A DNA stretch of 64,000 nucleotides. It comes from an uncultured Acidobacteriota bacterium. Lineage in GTDB: Bacteria > Actinomycetota > Acidimicrobiia > Spongiisociales > ZC4RG35. The DNA lies in the NCBI GenBank assembly GCA_963828465.1, contig CAWHEU010000021.1, positions 64,001 through 128,000 of the forward strand, written 5' to 3'. Below, in pieces: positions 30,448-40,827 of this stretch. A program made the translations under genes and the position numbers. The notes beneath the pieces are model-generated. The model saw nothing but the letters and a program-made list of their open reading frames with translations, had not been told where the DNA came from and ran no database searches. Numbering within the stretch: position 1 is the stretch's first letter; each line of letters starts with the position of its first letter.

Positions 30448-31872
30448 CTAACCGGCAAGCTCGCGCAGCGCCTGCTCCAGACGCGCCAGCGTCTTCTCCT
30501 GGCCCAGGGCAGCGAGAGACTCGAACAACGGTGGGCTCACCGACGTGCCCGTGACGGCCACGCGAATGGGCTGAAGACCCTTGGCCGCGCCGAGACCCAT
30601 CTCCTCCAGCATCCCCCGTAGAACCGCTTCGATGTCAGCGGCGGCCCAGTTGTCGACAGAGGCCAAACGCTCCTGGGCGGTCTTCAGGATCCCGGGCACC
30701 CCATCCTTGGCCATCACCTTGTCCCATGCCGCCTGGTCGTAATCCTCGAAGTCCTCGAACAGGAACACCACTTGCTCGCCTGCCTCGGGAAGGAATCGGG
30801 TGCGCTCCTGCACCAGATCGGACACCTCCTCGAACCGGGACCACTCCTCTTCATCGAGGCTGCGCCCGACTGCCGCCTCGACGTGGGGCCGGGCCATGAC
30901 CCGAAATTCTTCAGGGTCCGTCGCCCGGATGTACTCCCCGTTCATCCACGACAGCTTGTCGGGATCGAAAACGGCCGGATTGCGGGAGACATCGACCAGG
31001 TCGAACGCGGCGATCGCCTCGTCCCTCGTGAAGATGGTCCGGTCGCCGTCTATCGACCAGCCGAGGAGGGACAGGTAGTTGAAGACGGCATCAGGCAAAT
31101 ACCCCTCATCGCGATATGTGGACAGGGACTCGGCGCCGTGGCGCTTCGACAGCTTCTTGCCGTCGGTCCCGAACAGAAGCGGGAGATGGGCGTACCCGGG
31201 CTCGCCGGCTCCCAGGGCCCTGGTGATGAGGATGTGCTTCGGGGTCGAGGGAAGGAGGTCCTCGCCGCGGGCGACGTGGGTGATCTCGTAGTCGACATCG
31301 TCCACGGTCGATGCCAGGTGGTAGGTAGGAGTGCCGTCGCTCCGCAAGATCACGAAGTCGTCGATGTCACGCGCTTCGAAGCTGATCTCGCCCCGAACCA
31401 GGTCCTCGAAGACCACCGGTTGGTCCGGGGGGACCGAAAGCCTGACCGCACCCTCGGCGACGGCCTTCTCGGGACGTCTTATGTAGTGACCCGGGTGCAG
31501 GTGCTCCGCTTCTGCTCGGCGGCGAAGCGCCTCGAGCTCGTCAGGCGAGCGGTTGTCGTAGTAGGCCGCCCCCGACGCCACGAGGTCCGCGGCCGCCTGC
31601 TGGTAGCGCTCATAACGGCTGGACTGCCGGTAGTCGCCATGCGGCCCGCCCACTCCGACACCCTCGCCCCAGTCGAGCCCGAGCCATCGGAGTGAGTCGA
31701 GGATGTCCTCCTCGTACGCGGCGGTCGATCTCTCCCGATCGGTGTCATCGATCCTCAGGATGAACGTGCCTCCGTGATGGCGCGCATAGAGCCAGTTGAA
31801 CAGGGCCGCACGGGCCGTCCCGACATGGAGGTGCCCGGTGGGTGAGGGAGCGACCCTCACGCGGACCGTCAT
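30448..31872 (-). CDS. gltX: glutamate--tRNA ligase
   Basis: [27 protein letters not shown]. Confidence 0.97.
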   Translation of the reverse strand: MTVRVRVAPSPTGHLHVGTARAALFNWLYARHHGGTFILRIDDTDRERSTAAYEEDILDSLRWLGLDWGEGVGVGGPHGDYRQSSRYERYQQAAADLVASGAAYYDNRSPDELEALRRRAEAEHLHPGHYIRRPEKAVAEGAVRLSVPPDQPVVFEDLVRGEISFEARDIDDFVILRSDGTPTYHLASTVDDVDYEITHVARGEDLLPSTPKHILITRALGAGEPGYAHLPLLFGTDGKKLSKRHGAESLSTYRDEGYLPDAVFNYLSLLGWSIDGDRTIFTRDEAIAAFDLVDVSRNPAVFDPDKLSWMNGEYIRATDPEEFRVMARPHVEAAVGRSLDEEEWSRFEEVSDLVQERTRFLPEAGEQVVFLFEDFEDYDQAAWDKVMAKDGVPGILKTAQERLASVDNWAAADIEAVLRGMLEEMGLGAAKGLQPIRVAVTGTSVSPPLFESLAALGQEKTLARLEQALRELAG

Positions 31873-32633
31873 CGCGCCGCCACGACTCGATTCTGGAGGA
31901 CCCCGATCCCGTCGACCTCGACCTCCATCAGGTCGCCAGGCTCAACCTTGCTCACCCCGGCAGGCGTGCCGGTGAGGATCACGTCACCGGGAAGAAGCGT
32001 CATCACAGAGGTGACGAACTCGAACAGTTCGGCCACTCCAAAGACCATGTCAGAGGTGAATCCGGCCTGGCGGACCTCCCCGTTCACCCGGCAGATCACT
32101 GCCAGCTTCTCCAACGGGTCCAGTTCCGTCTCGATGGCCGGGCCCAGAGGGCAGAAGGTGTCGAACCCCTTGGCCCGGGCCCACTGCCCGTCCTTTTTCT
32201 GCAGGTCGCGTGCGCTCACGTCGTTGGCTGCCGTGTAACCCAGGATGTAGGCAGAGGCGTCCTCGGCTTTGACATGACGGGCCACCCGGCTGACGACCAC
32301 TGCCAGCTCGGCCTCGTGATGGACGTTCTTCGACATCGCCGGATGGACCACATTGGCGTCCGGCCCGACCACCGACGTCGCCGGCTTGAGGAAGATGATC
32401 GGCTCATCGGGAACCGCGGCGTCATGCTCGGCGGCATGATCCTCGTAGTTGCGACCGACCGCCACCACCTTGGAGGGGAGGACCGGGGCCAGGAGGTGGG
32501 CGGTTTCCCAGGGAATCACCGTCTCGGTCGGCTCCCAGGCGACGAAAGGAGAGCCGATATAGACCAGCACCCCCTCGACGTCGGCCACCCCGTAGGCGAT
32601 GTCGTCTCCGGCCTTGATGCGGACGAGCTTCAT
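31869..32633 (-). CDS. fumarylacetoacetate hydrolase family protein
   Basis: [42 protein letters not shown]. Confidence 0.93.
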   Translation of the reverse strand: MKLVRIKAGDDIAYGVADVEGVLVYIGSPFVAWEPTETVIPWETAHLLAPVLPSKVVAVGRNYEDHAAEHDAAVPDEPIIFLKPATSVVGPDANVVHPAMSKNVHHEAELAVVVSRVARHVKAEDASAYILGYTAANDVSARDLQKKDGQWARAKGFDTFCPLGPAIETELDPLEKLAVICRVNGEVRQAGFTSDMVFGVAELFEFVTSVMTLLPGDVILTGTPAGVSKVEPGDLMEVEVDGIGVLQNRVVAAR

Positions 32634-32643
32634 GGTCGGAAAG

Positions 32644-33143
32644 CTACCGGTGCTCTTCGGATGCCCCCGAGGCGGCCAGAAGGCCCCGGATCTCGTCGGG
32701 CTTGCGAACGATGAGGTCGCGGTCGACCTCGCCTGTCGCCGTCTGCCCCGGTCTCACCTCGTGAGGCACCGCCGCCTTCCAGCGTTCCCGCCGCTGCAGG
32801 ACCTCTTCAGATGGCTCATACCCGTAGCCGCAAAGGGCCAGTGCAACTTCGATGTCCTCGGGGACCGGGCCCCGCCCCAGGGCACCGGCTCGGGCGATGG
32901 TCAGAGCGGCGACCACGGACTTGAGGTCGGGATCGTCGTCGGGAAGATCTGCTGCGTTTACCAGCCGCCACCCCCAGCCACCGTCGGGCGTCGTCTGCCC
33001 GAAGCTGCCCCCGCTGGGGACCTCGTCCGGCGAGGTGGGGATCCCGGGCTTGATGCTCGGCCGCCAGCGTCGAGCGGCAGGAGGTTGGAGCCCGTGCGCG
33101 GCCGGTCAGACTCCGTCACCTCGATATTGGGCTGTTGGCCCAT
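32644..33143 (-). CDS. hypothetical protein, frameshifted near 33090
   Basis: [16 protein letters not shown] joins the frame reading ...WRPSIKPG...[18 protein letters not shown]; start abuts the ilvE stop. Confidence 0.6.
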
Positions 33144-34057
33144 CAGATGAAGCTGAGCCAGTGGCGGTACTCGGGGATCTTGGCCGCGACCAAATCGGAG
33201 AACAGGTCCTGTGCCTTCCGGGTGACCGGGCCCGGCTCGCCGGCGCCGACCACACGACCGTCGATCTCACGGATCGGCGTCACTTCGGCCGCCGTCCCGG
33301 TCAGGAAGACCTCGTCCGCTGTGTAAAGGCTCCCCCGGGCCAGGTCGGCCTCGACCACCTCGACACCCTCGCCGGTGAGCAATTCGATCACCGTGTTACG
33401 TGTGATTCCCTCGAGGATCCCCGAGGAGACCGGAGGGGTGTAGACCACGTCCTTGCTGGCGATGAACAGGTTCATCCCGCTCCCCTCGGAGACCAGGCCC
33501 GCGTCGTTGAGCATGATTGCCTCGTCGTACCCGGCACGGAGAGCCTCCTGCTTGGCCAGCACGGAGTTGAGGTACTGACCCGAGCCCTTGGCTGTCGGGA
33601 TAAAGCTGGTGTGCGAGATCCGACGCCAGCTCGAGACCATGGTGGTGATGCCTTTCTCGACACCGTCGTCGCCCAGATAGCTGCCCAGGTAGAAGGCGGC
33701 CATGTAGTTGTGGACCGGGCTGCTCTTCGGGTTGATGCCGAAAGCGCCCGACCCATAGAAGACGAAGGGGCGGATATAGGCGGACTCCAGCTGGTTCACC
33801 CGGAGAAGCTCGAGACAGACTTCATCCATCTCCTCGGCACTCTCCTTCATCGGAAGGTCGTAGGCCCGGGCCGAGGCGACCAGCCGGACCATGTGATCGT
33901 GGAGACGGAATACGGCCGTTCCCTCGGGTGTCTTGTAGGCGCGAATGCCTTCGAAGACACCGGTTCCGTATTGGAGGGAATGTGACAGGAAGTGGACGGT
34001 GGCGTCGTCCCAGGGGACGAAATCACCATCAACCCATATCTTGTTTGCCGGTTCCAT
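33143..34057 (-). CDS. ilvE: branched-chain amino acid aminotransferase
   Basis: LQYGTGVFEGIRAY, AYIRP, EGSGMN, ILEGITR, GTAAEVTP. Confidence 0.95.
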   Translation of the reverse strand: MEPANKIWVDGDFVPWDDATVHFLSHSLQYGTGVFEGIRAYKTPEGTAVFRLHDHMVRLVASARAYDLPMKESAEEMDEVCLELLRVNQLESAYIRPFVFYGSGAFGINPKSSPVHNYMAAFYLGSYLGDDGVEKGITTMVSSWRRISHTSFIPTAKGSGQYLNSVLAKQEALRAGYDEAIMLNDAGLVSEGSGMNLFIASKDVVYTPPVSSGILEGITRNTVIELLTGEGVEVVEADLARGSLYTADEVFLTGTAAEVTPIREIDGRVVGAGEPGPVTRKAQDLFSDLVAAKIPEYRHWLSFI

Positions 34058-34133
34058 CGGTCAAGGCTAACTGGTGTCGACCGGAGCGGAACCACGGATT
34101 CCGTTTTCGGCACACCGTGGTTGAATCGAAGCA

Positions 34134-35048
34134 ATGGGTGAGAAAGCCCCAGCTCGCGCCCGGGTGATCGAGTGGCTACTCGAGGGAGACCCGGCCATCA
34201 GGTGGCAGACAATGCGTGATCTGGTCGGGGCGAAGGAGAAAGTCTGGAGGGCGGAGCGGGAACGGGTCGGAACCGAGGGCTGGGGAGCGCGACTGCTGAA
34301 GCACCAGGACGCGGATGGACGATGGACGCCCAGGCTCTATGGCAAGAAGTGGATTTCGACCACCTATTCCATGGTGCTCTTGCGTGAGATGGGCTTGCCT
34401 CGCTCCGACCCGAGGGCACTCAAGTCATGTCAACTGTTCCTAGAGGAAGGACTGGGGACGCGTCGCAACAGCGAGACCTGCATTCAATCCATGGTCACCG
34501 CCTTCCTGTTCTGGTTCGACGTGGAGGACCGGCTGCGCGAGCCGGTCCTGGCCCATCTGCTCGGCAAACAGCTCGATGACGGCGGTTGGAATTGCGATGG
34601 GCAATCCAGTCACGGCTCTTTCCACACCACCGTCATGGCACTCGAGGCCCTGCGCGAGTGCGTCGTACGGGGTGGGGCGGCTATTGCCGAGATCGAGGCG
34701 GCGGAGGCCAGGGGCGGCGAGTTCTTCCTGCAACACAGGATGTTCCGCTCCCACCGGACCAGTGAAGTCATCAACCAGCGCTTCCTCCGGCTCTCCTTCC
34801 CGACCAGATGGCACTACGACGTCCTGCGCGGTCTCGACTACTTCAGATCCGCGGGCGTCCTGAGCGATCGCCGCCTCCACGAGGCAATCGAGGTTGTGGC
34901 TGACAAGCGAGATCGGGATGGGCGATGGCCGCTGCAACAACGCTGGCGTGGTGAGACATGGTTCGAGATGGAAGACGTCGGCGAACCCAGCCGGTGGAAC
35001 ACCCTCAGGGCAATGCGAGTCCTCGAAGGGTGGGGCGGCGAGAAGTAG
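34134..35048 (+). CDS. prenyltransferase/squalene-cyclase-repeat hypothetical protein
   Basis: QDADGRW, QLDDGGWNC, WHYDVLRGLDY, PSRWNTLRA. Confidence 0.8.
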   Translation: MGEKAPARARVIEWLLEGDPAIRWQTMRDLVGAKEKVWRAERERVGTEGWGARLLKHQDADGRWTPRLYGKKWISTTYSMVLLREMGLPRSDPRALKSCQLFLEEGLGTRRNSETCIQSMVTAFLFWFDVEDRLREPVLAHLLGKQLDDGGWNCDGQSSHGSFHTTVMALEALRECVVRGGAAIAEIEAAEARGGEFFLQHRMFRSHRTSEVINQRFLRLSFPTRWHYDVLRGLDYFRSAGVLSDRRLHEAIEVVADKRDRDGRWPLQQRWRGETWFEMEDVGEPSRWNTLRAMRVLEGWGGEK

Positions 35049-35059
35049 CCTCGCCGCCG

Positions 35060-35518
35060 ATGCACCGACTCATCGCCTCCCTGTTCGGGGCCGGCTTGAT
35101 CCTGCGCAGGGTGCGGGGCTCGGACGCCGGGTCTGGCACGATTGGCGGCCTGGTCGCCCTCCCCTTTGCGCTTCTCACCGGAGAAACGTGGGGCTGGCCG
35201 GGTCAGTTGGCGGCAACGGTGCTGGTGACGGCTGTCGCCCTCTGGGCTTCGGCGGGCGTCGTCTCATCGGAGGGAGACGCCGGTTGGATCGTCATCGACG
35301 AGGCAGCGGGGGTCTTCGTCGCCACGATCGGGTTGCTCGGGTGGGCCGCCGTGATCGCATTCGTGTTGTTTCGCATCGTGGACATCACCAAGCGGCCCTT
35401 CCCGGGGGTCCATCAGGCCGACTCCATGCCCGGGGCGACCGGCATCGTCCTCGACGATCTCGTGGCAGGCGCTTGGGCGCTGGCCATGGGTCACCTCCTC
35501 AACGCCATCATCCTGTGA
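35060..35518 (+). CDS. pgpA: phosphatidylglycerophosphatase A
   Basis: GSGTIG, IVIDEAAG, FRIVDITK, GIVLDDLVAG. Confidence 0.88.
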   Translation: MHRLIASLFGAGLILRRVRGSDAGSGTIGGLVALPFALLTGETWGWPGQLAATVLVTAVALWASAGVVSSEGDAGWIVIDEAAGVFVATIGLLGWAAVIAFVLFRIVDITKRPFPGVHQADSMPGATGIVLDDLVAGAWALAMGHLLNAIIL

Positions 35519-35570
35519 ACCGGCCGATGACCGAACCTGCGTATCGTCTCCTGAGGAGGTAACAGAGCAG

Positions 35571-36011
35571 ATGGATTGGAACCCGAAAGCAATCGTCGTC
35601 GGTGTCGACGGTTCGGATACGAGCACCCGCGCGGCCGTGATCGCCACCGAGATCGCCCGATCCCGGCAAGCCAAGCTCCTGCTGGTAACCGTGGTCAGAC
35701 CACCTGAAGGGTGGTGGGGCATCGGTGGCGCGCCTCCGACTCCCGAGGCTCTGTCCGCCGCGCTCGTGGAGGGACAGCAGCAAGTGATCAAGGAGACCGA
35801 GGAGCAACTCCCGCTCGAGGGGATGGACTACGAGACTGTCGAGGAGCTGGGCGACCCCACGTCGCGACTTATTGCGGTGGCCGAGGAGCGCGAGGCCGGG
35901 CTGATCGTCATCGGGAAGCGAGGTGCCGGGCTTGCCGAGCGGGTGATGCTCGGGAGCGTCGCCGATCGTCTTTGTCACCACTCTCCGGTTCCGGTGATGG
36001 TGGTTCCCTGA
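35571..36011 (+). CDS. universal stress protein
   Basis: IVVGVDGS, GDP, GKRG, LGSVA, PVMVVP. Confidence 0.93.
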   Translation: MDWNPKAIVVGVDGSDTSTRAAVIATEIARSRQAKLLLVTVVRPPEGWWGIGGAPPTPEALSAALVEGQQQVIKETEEQLPLEGMDYETVEELGDPTSRLIAVAEEREAGLIVIGKRGAGLAERVMLGSVADRLCHHSPVPVMVVP

Positions 36012-36036
36012 CCCAAGGGCATCACCAACTAGTCGC

Positions 36037-36624
36037 GTGCCAACCGTCGCCATCCTGCCCGTCAAGTCCTTCCGGCTGGGCAAGGGTCGGATGGCAGATC
36101 AACTCTCCGACGAGACTCGATCCCTATTGGGTCGTGCCCTCGCTGAGAGGACGGCGGCCCTGGCAGTCGATGCCGGGCTGATCCCGGTCCTGGTCGCCGG
36201 TGATGGCGAAGTTGCCGAATGGGCCCTCCTCCACGGCTTCCCGTCGATATCCGATCCAGGTGAAGGGTTGGACGCCGCTGCACTGGCTGGGGCCAGGTGG
36301 GCCACCGAGGCCGCGAGTGAGTGGATCGTGGTCCACACCGATCTCCCCCTCCTCACCGCTTTCGAGCTGGAGGACCTGAACAAAGCGCTGTCGGTTACCG
36401 GGAGCGTCATCGCCCCATCCGCCGACGGTGGGACGTCTGCCCTGGGGACAAGCGGTCCGGCTGACTTCGCCTATGGCCCCGGCAGCTTCCATCGCCACCT
36501 CGGCCGCTTCCCGGCCTCATCGATCATCGCCACACCGGGGCTACTTCACGACATCGACACCTTCGCCGACCTCGAGTCGGCTCGTCGCCATCCGCTCGGG
36601 GCCTGGCTCGCCAACCTGACGTGA
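36037..36624 (+). CDS. cofC: F420 biosynthesis guanylyltransferase CofC/FbiD
   Basis: ILPVKSFRLGKGRM, TDLPLL, APSADGGT, YGPGSFHRH, DIDTFADL. Confidence 0.9.
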   Translation: MPTVAILPVKSFRLGKGRMADQLSDETRSLLGRALAERTAALAVDAGLIPVLVAGDGEVAEWALLHGFPSISDPGEGLDAAALAGARWATEAASEWIVVHTDLPLLTAFELEDLNKALSVTGSVIAPSADGGTSALGTSGPADFAYGPGSFHRHLGRFPASSIIATPGLLHDIDTFADLESARRHPLGAWLANLT

Positions 36625-37833
36625 CCACCCGTTTCGATCCCGGGGTCCTCACCCCCGATCCCGTCGCCCGGGTCCAGATGCTGGGCTGGCTCGAGGCTGG
36701 TTTGGGTGCCGTGGAGCCCGAAGCCCTCACTGCTGCTGCGTTGGCGAGCAGGCACCCGGACCGGAAGACCCTGGTCATCGCCATCGGGAAGGCGGCCGCA
36801 GCGATGGCACGCGGCACCGCTTCGGTGCTCGACGTCGCCGGCGGTGTCTGCGTGACGGATCATCCCGAGCCGGTGCCGGACACGATGAGGCTCGTGATTG
36901 GCGATCACCCGGTGCCCGGGCCGGCAAGCCTCGAGGCCGGAGCGGCGGTTCTCGAGGCCGTTCAGAGCGCGCCGCCGATCGATGGACATCGTCGCCCTGG
37001 TGTCAGGAGGCGGCTCCGCTCTCTGTGAAGCGCCACGACACGGTGTGCCCGCCGGCTTTCTCTCGGAAGTGACGAGAAGGCTCATATCCGGAGGGGCCGA
37101 CATCGAGGAGTTGAACCTGGTCCGAGGTCATCTCTCTGCGATCAAATGCGGTGGCGTGGCACGGGCCGCAGGCCGTCCGATCGACACGTTCGTCATCTCC
37201 GACGTGGCGGGGGCGGGGCCGGGCGTCGTGGCCTCGGGGCCGACCATCCCGCGGGCGCACGACCCGGAAGGGGCCGCGGCCGTCCTGAGAAGGCTGTCGA
37301 TCGAGATCCCGGCTGGGGTGTGGGAAGCGATGATGAGAGAGCCGTTGTCCCTGCCCAGCCCGAAGGTCACCCTGTTGGCGGACGGTCACACGGCCGCTCG
37401 TGGTGTGGCGAGCGTGACGCCTCCTCCCGTCACTGTGGTCGATGAATGGCTCCGCGGCGCGATAGGCGCATGTCTCGACCGGTTCCTGGCCATGGGCCGA
37501 CCCGGAGTGACCGTGGGAGCAGGTGAGGTCGTGCTCGACGTCACCGGAGCCGGGACCGGAGGCCGAACCACTCACGCCGCCCTCCTCGCCGCCGAGCATC
37601 TCGCCGGCTCGAACGACATCTTCTGCGCGTTCGCCACTGATGGCGTCGATGCCCGGTCCGGGGCGGCGGGAGCAATCGTCGATGGCTCCACGATCCTCCG
37701 CGGCGGTGACCCGGCAGAAGCACTTCGAGAATTCGACTCCGCCGGCTATCTCGCCCAGACCTCCGACCTGCTCCGGTGCCCGCCTACCGGCACCAACGTC
37801 TCCGACCTCTGGATTCTGTGGCGGAGGGGTTGA
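36621..37833 (+). CDS. glycerate kinase type 2 (DUF4147 plus MOFRL), frameshifted near 36980
   Basis: IGKAAAAMA, GDHPVP, SGGGSAL, LSAIKCGG, ISDV, ASGPT, TDGVD, TGTNVSD. Confidence 0.88.
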
Positions 37834-37870
37834 GGCTCCTCGTAGAGTGGGCGCACAGAGCAACGGGAGC

Positions 37871-38575
37871 ATGGAAAAGACATTTGTGATCACGGGCGGC
37901 ACCGGCGGGCTCGGTACCGCCCTCATCCGCCGACTCATCTACGAGGACTACCGGCTGGCAATCACCTACTTGCTGCCGGACGAGGCCGAGAAGTTCGAGC
38001 AGCAGTTCGAGATCGACGAGGATCGGGTCTTGTTGGTCCGGGTCGATGCCACCAACGCCGAGGCCGTCAACACCTTCATGAAGGGTGTCGCCGAACGATG
38101 GGGATCCCTTCACGGACTCGTTGCCCTGGTCGGCGGATGGGCCGGGGGGCGTGACGTCGAAGAAACCGACGACGTCCGGTTCGAGCGCATGCTCGACCTC
38201 AACCTGCGGTCCACGTTCTACTCGGTGCGGGCGGCGGTCCCCTATCTGGTGGAGACCGGCTGGGGTCGGATCGTGACCGTGGGCAGCCGGGCCACCGTCG
38301 ACTACCCCACCGGCCAGGCCGCCTTCAACGTTGCAAAGTCGGGTGTGGTGGCGCTCACCAGGTCGGTCGCCCAGGAACTGGAGGGAACGGGTGTGACTGC
38401 CAATGTCCTCCTTCCCTCCGTAATCGACACCCCGGCGACACGTCGATCCCTCCCTTACGCCGACTATGTGAACTGGCCAACGCCCGATGAGATCGCGTCG
38501 GTTGCGCACTTCCTGCTCACCGAGGAGTCGGGCGTCATCAACGGCGCAGAGATCCCGGTGTACGGCCGGGTCTAG
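37871..38575 (+). CDS. SDR family oxidoreductase
   Basis: ITGGTGGLG; FNVAK in place of the usual YxxxK; PSVIDTP. Confidence 0.88.
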   Translation: MEKTFVITGGTGGLGTALIRRLIYEDYRLAITYLLPDEAEKFEQQFEIDEDRVLLVRVDATNAEAVNTFMKGVAERWGSLHGLVALVGGWAGGRDVEETDDVRFERMLDLNLRSTFYSVRAAVPYLVETGWGRIVTVGSRATVDYPTGQAAFNVAKSGVVALTRSVAQELEGTGVTANVLLPSVIDTPATRRSLPYADYVNWPTPDEIASVAHFLLTEESGVINGAEIPVYGRV

Positions 38576-39564
38576 CGGTAGAGCTCGATCCACTCCCCGT
38601 GGGGGTGGGCCCGGCCGACAATCAGTGCACCATTCCCGTCATCGACGACCAGATCAGCCCAGCCATCTGACTCGTCCATGACCTCGCCCATCGAGACCCG
38701 ATGTATCGGACGCGCCGACCTGGCGCCGGACACAATCGAATCGAGACGGTCTCGCTGCGCTGCGTCGAACTGGTTCAGCGTGAAAGAGCTCATGACCACT
38801 GCCGGCTCTCCTACAGGGAGTCCGTCCAGGGCATCGGGCAGGGTCTCGAGGGCGTCCCCGGCAATAAGGTCGATGTCGAGACTCGCCACCATGTCGAGGG
38901 CGGTGCGAAGACGCGCCCTTCTCTCGACGTGCTCGGGCCAGATCAGGGCATCGAGCCATCGTCGGTCACTCTCATCGGCCGGGTCGATCGGGTTGAGATC
39001 GAGCCCGGTGCGACTCAGGACGTCGACCTCGACGAGGTTCGGAGCGAGGCCTCTCGATTCGGCCTCGAGCAGGGGCTCGCCGCCTCGATTCCATTCCTGG
39101 TCGCCGTATCGATACCCGTAGCGATCGAGGCCGAGGTTGAGACCGGCGCTGGTGCCCACGTCGATGAGATGGAAGGACCGAAACTCCGCCATGCTCACCA
39201 TCGGGAGCAGGGCGACGCAGCGACGACACTCGTTGGTCTGCGTGTATCGGGTATTGCCCATCTCCACTATCTCCTCCTCGTTAGCGAGGACGAAGCTCCG
39301 GAATTTCGGGCCTACTCCATGAGGTGGCGCCGGATCGTCCACGATCGAGCGATAGTGCGTGGCGAGGTCACCGTCCTCCCCGTCCATGAGCATGGACTGG
39401 ACCGCGCCGAACATCAGATTGGGCGGTGGCAGGTGCCCGATGCGGTTCATCACCCGCAGCAACTCGGGGTCTTCAGCCACCACCTCGACCAGCTCGGCGT
39501 AGAGGGGAGAGCCGTGCGTGTACTTGCCCCAGTCCCGCATGTATTCCGCGGTGACCAGGGGCAT
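38572..39564 (-). CDS. DUF2332-family protein
   Basis: TQTNECRR, GTSAGLNL, GLDLNP, IWPEH, HPHGEWI. Confidence 0.85.
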   Translation of the reverse strand: MPLVTAEYMRDWGKYTHGSPLYAELVEVVAEDPELLRVMNRIGHLPPPNLMFGAVQSMLMDGEDGDLATHYRSIVDDPAPPHGVGPKFRSFVLANEEEIVEMGNTRYTQTNECRRCVALLPMVSMAEFRSFHLIDVGTSAGLNLGLDRYGYRYGDQEWNRGGEPLLEAESRGLAPNLVEVDVLSRTGLDLNPIDPADESDRRWLDALIWPEHVERRARLRTALDMVASLDIDLIAGDALETLPDALDGLPVGEPAVVMSSFTLNQFDAAQRDRLDSIVSGARSARPIHRVSMGEVMDESDGWADLVVDDGNGALIVGRAHPHGEWIELYR

Positions 39565-40223
39565 CAGTGCACCTGGCGCCGATACGACGTGGCCAGGGCA
39601 TCGGCGTATTCGTTCCAGCGATAGCCGCTGTGGGCCTTGATCCACTGGATCCGGGCCAGTGGCTTCTGCTTGTGGAGGGCGTGCGCCTCCTTGACCAACT
39701 CGAGGTTGGCGATAGGCCCGGACGACTTCTTGGTCCACCCTCTCGCCTCCCATCCGTCGGCCCAGTTGTTGACGATGTTCACGATGAGCTGTGAGTCGGT
39801 GTAGATCTCGACAGGGACGTCGGCGGGAGCCATGCCGAGCCCGGCGATCAGAGCCGTGAGCTCCATCTTGTTGTTGGTGGTGTGCGGGTCGGCGCCTTTG
39901 CCCTCCTCGACCACCTCACCGTCCACCACATACACCGCTCCCCAGCCCCCCGGTCCTGGGTTTCCCTCCGAGGCACCGTCGGTGAAGATCCCGGTGTCGG
40001 GGCCGTCGGTGAAGGAGCTCAGGACTTCGTCGACGGTCAGATCCCGCGACTTGGTTCGGCTCGCCGTTGTCGTCTTCTTTGCGGCGGGCTGGGACGACGA
40101 GACGGCGGATCGCCCGGCGCTATCGCGGCAGTCCATGCATTGGCGTGGCACCCAGCCCGGGTAACGGTCGAGTACCGACTGACTGAGCTCGAACTCCCGG
40201 CCGCACGTCTGACAGCTGAACAC
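39564..40223 (-). CDS. rnhA: ribonuclease HI with an N-terminal zinc ribbon
   Basis: FTDGASEGNPGPGGWG, TTNNKMEL, TDSQ, WIKAHSG...NEYAD; N-terminal CQTC...CMDC. Confidence 0.9.
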   Translation of the reverse strand: MFSCQTCGREFELSQSVLDRYPGWVPRQCMDCRDSAGRSAVSSSQPAAKKTTTASRTKSRDLTVDEVLSSFTDGPDTGIFTDGASEGNPGPGGWGAVYVVDGEVVEEGKGADPHTTNNKMELTALIAGLGMAPADVPVEIYTDSQLIVNIVNNWADGWEARGWTKKSSGPIANLELVKEAHALHKQKPLARIQWIKAHSGYRWNEYADALATSYRRQVH

Positions 40224-40226
40224 GCC

Positions 40227-40817
40227 CTAAGCCTGCCCGTCCTTCGAGAACCGCGAGATGAACTGGGGTGACTTGAAGAGATTGAACTCATGGTGGGTCT
40301 CGGTCATCCCGTGGGGTTCCATGAGACGACGCACCTTGGATGGCGACAGCCAATGGCAGTGGACCTGTCGCGCCTTGAACGGCGTGCGGTAGAGGATCAC
40401 CGACGTGGGCATCGCGTAGAGGCCCTGGATCGGCTCGGCCGGATAGATGTGGAGGGCGCGACCACCGGGCTTCAGGACCCTCGCCATCTCGGCGGCCGCC
40501 GCGTCGAGGGGCGGGATGTGCTCGATGGCGTGAACCGACACCACCGCATCGAACTCGCCATCGTCGAAGGCGAGATCCTCAGCCATCATGTGCAACACCC
40601 GGTCGGAGCCGGACACCTCGGGTGCATTCGGGTTGGCATCGATGCCGGTCACATCGATCCCGCGCTCGGCCAGGCGGATGGTCAGATGGCCCTGTCCGCA
40701 TCCCACCTCCAGGACCCGTTCCCCGGGTCGGAGGGGCAGCAGCCGGTCGATCCGGCGCAGGTGAGCCGGATCCCATCGATTGACCAGCGCATAGCGGCGT
40801 GAGTCGTACTCGGACAT
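40227..40817 (-). CDS. class I SAM-dependent methyltransferase
   Basis: VLEVGCGQG, FDAVVS, RVLKPGG. Confidence 0.9.
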   Translation of the reverse strand: MSEYDSRRYALVNRWDPAHLRRIDRLLPLRPGERVLEVGCGQGHLTIRLAERGIDVTGIDANPNAPEVSGSDRVLHMMAEDLAFDDGEFDAVVSVHAIEHIPPLDAAAAEMARVLKPGGRALHIYPAEPIQGLYAMPTSVILYRTPFKARQVHCHWLSPSKVRRLMEPHGMTETHHEFNLFKSPQFISRFSKDGQA

Positions 40818-40827
40818 CGCGGGGAGG

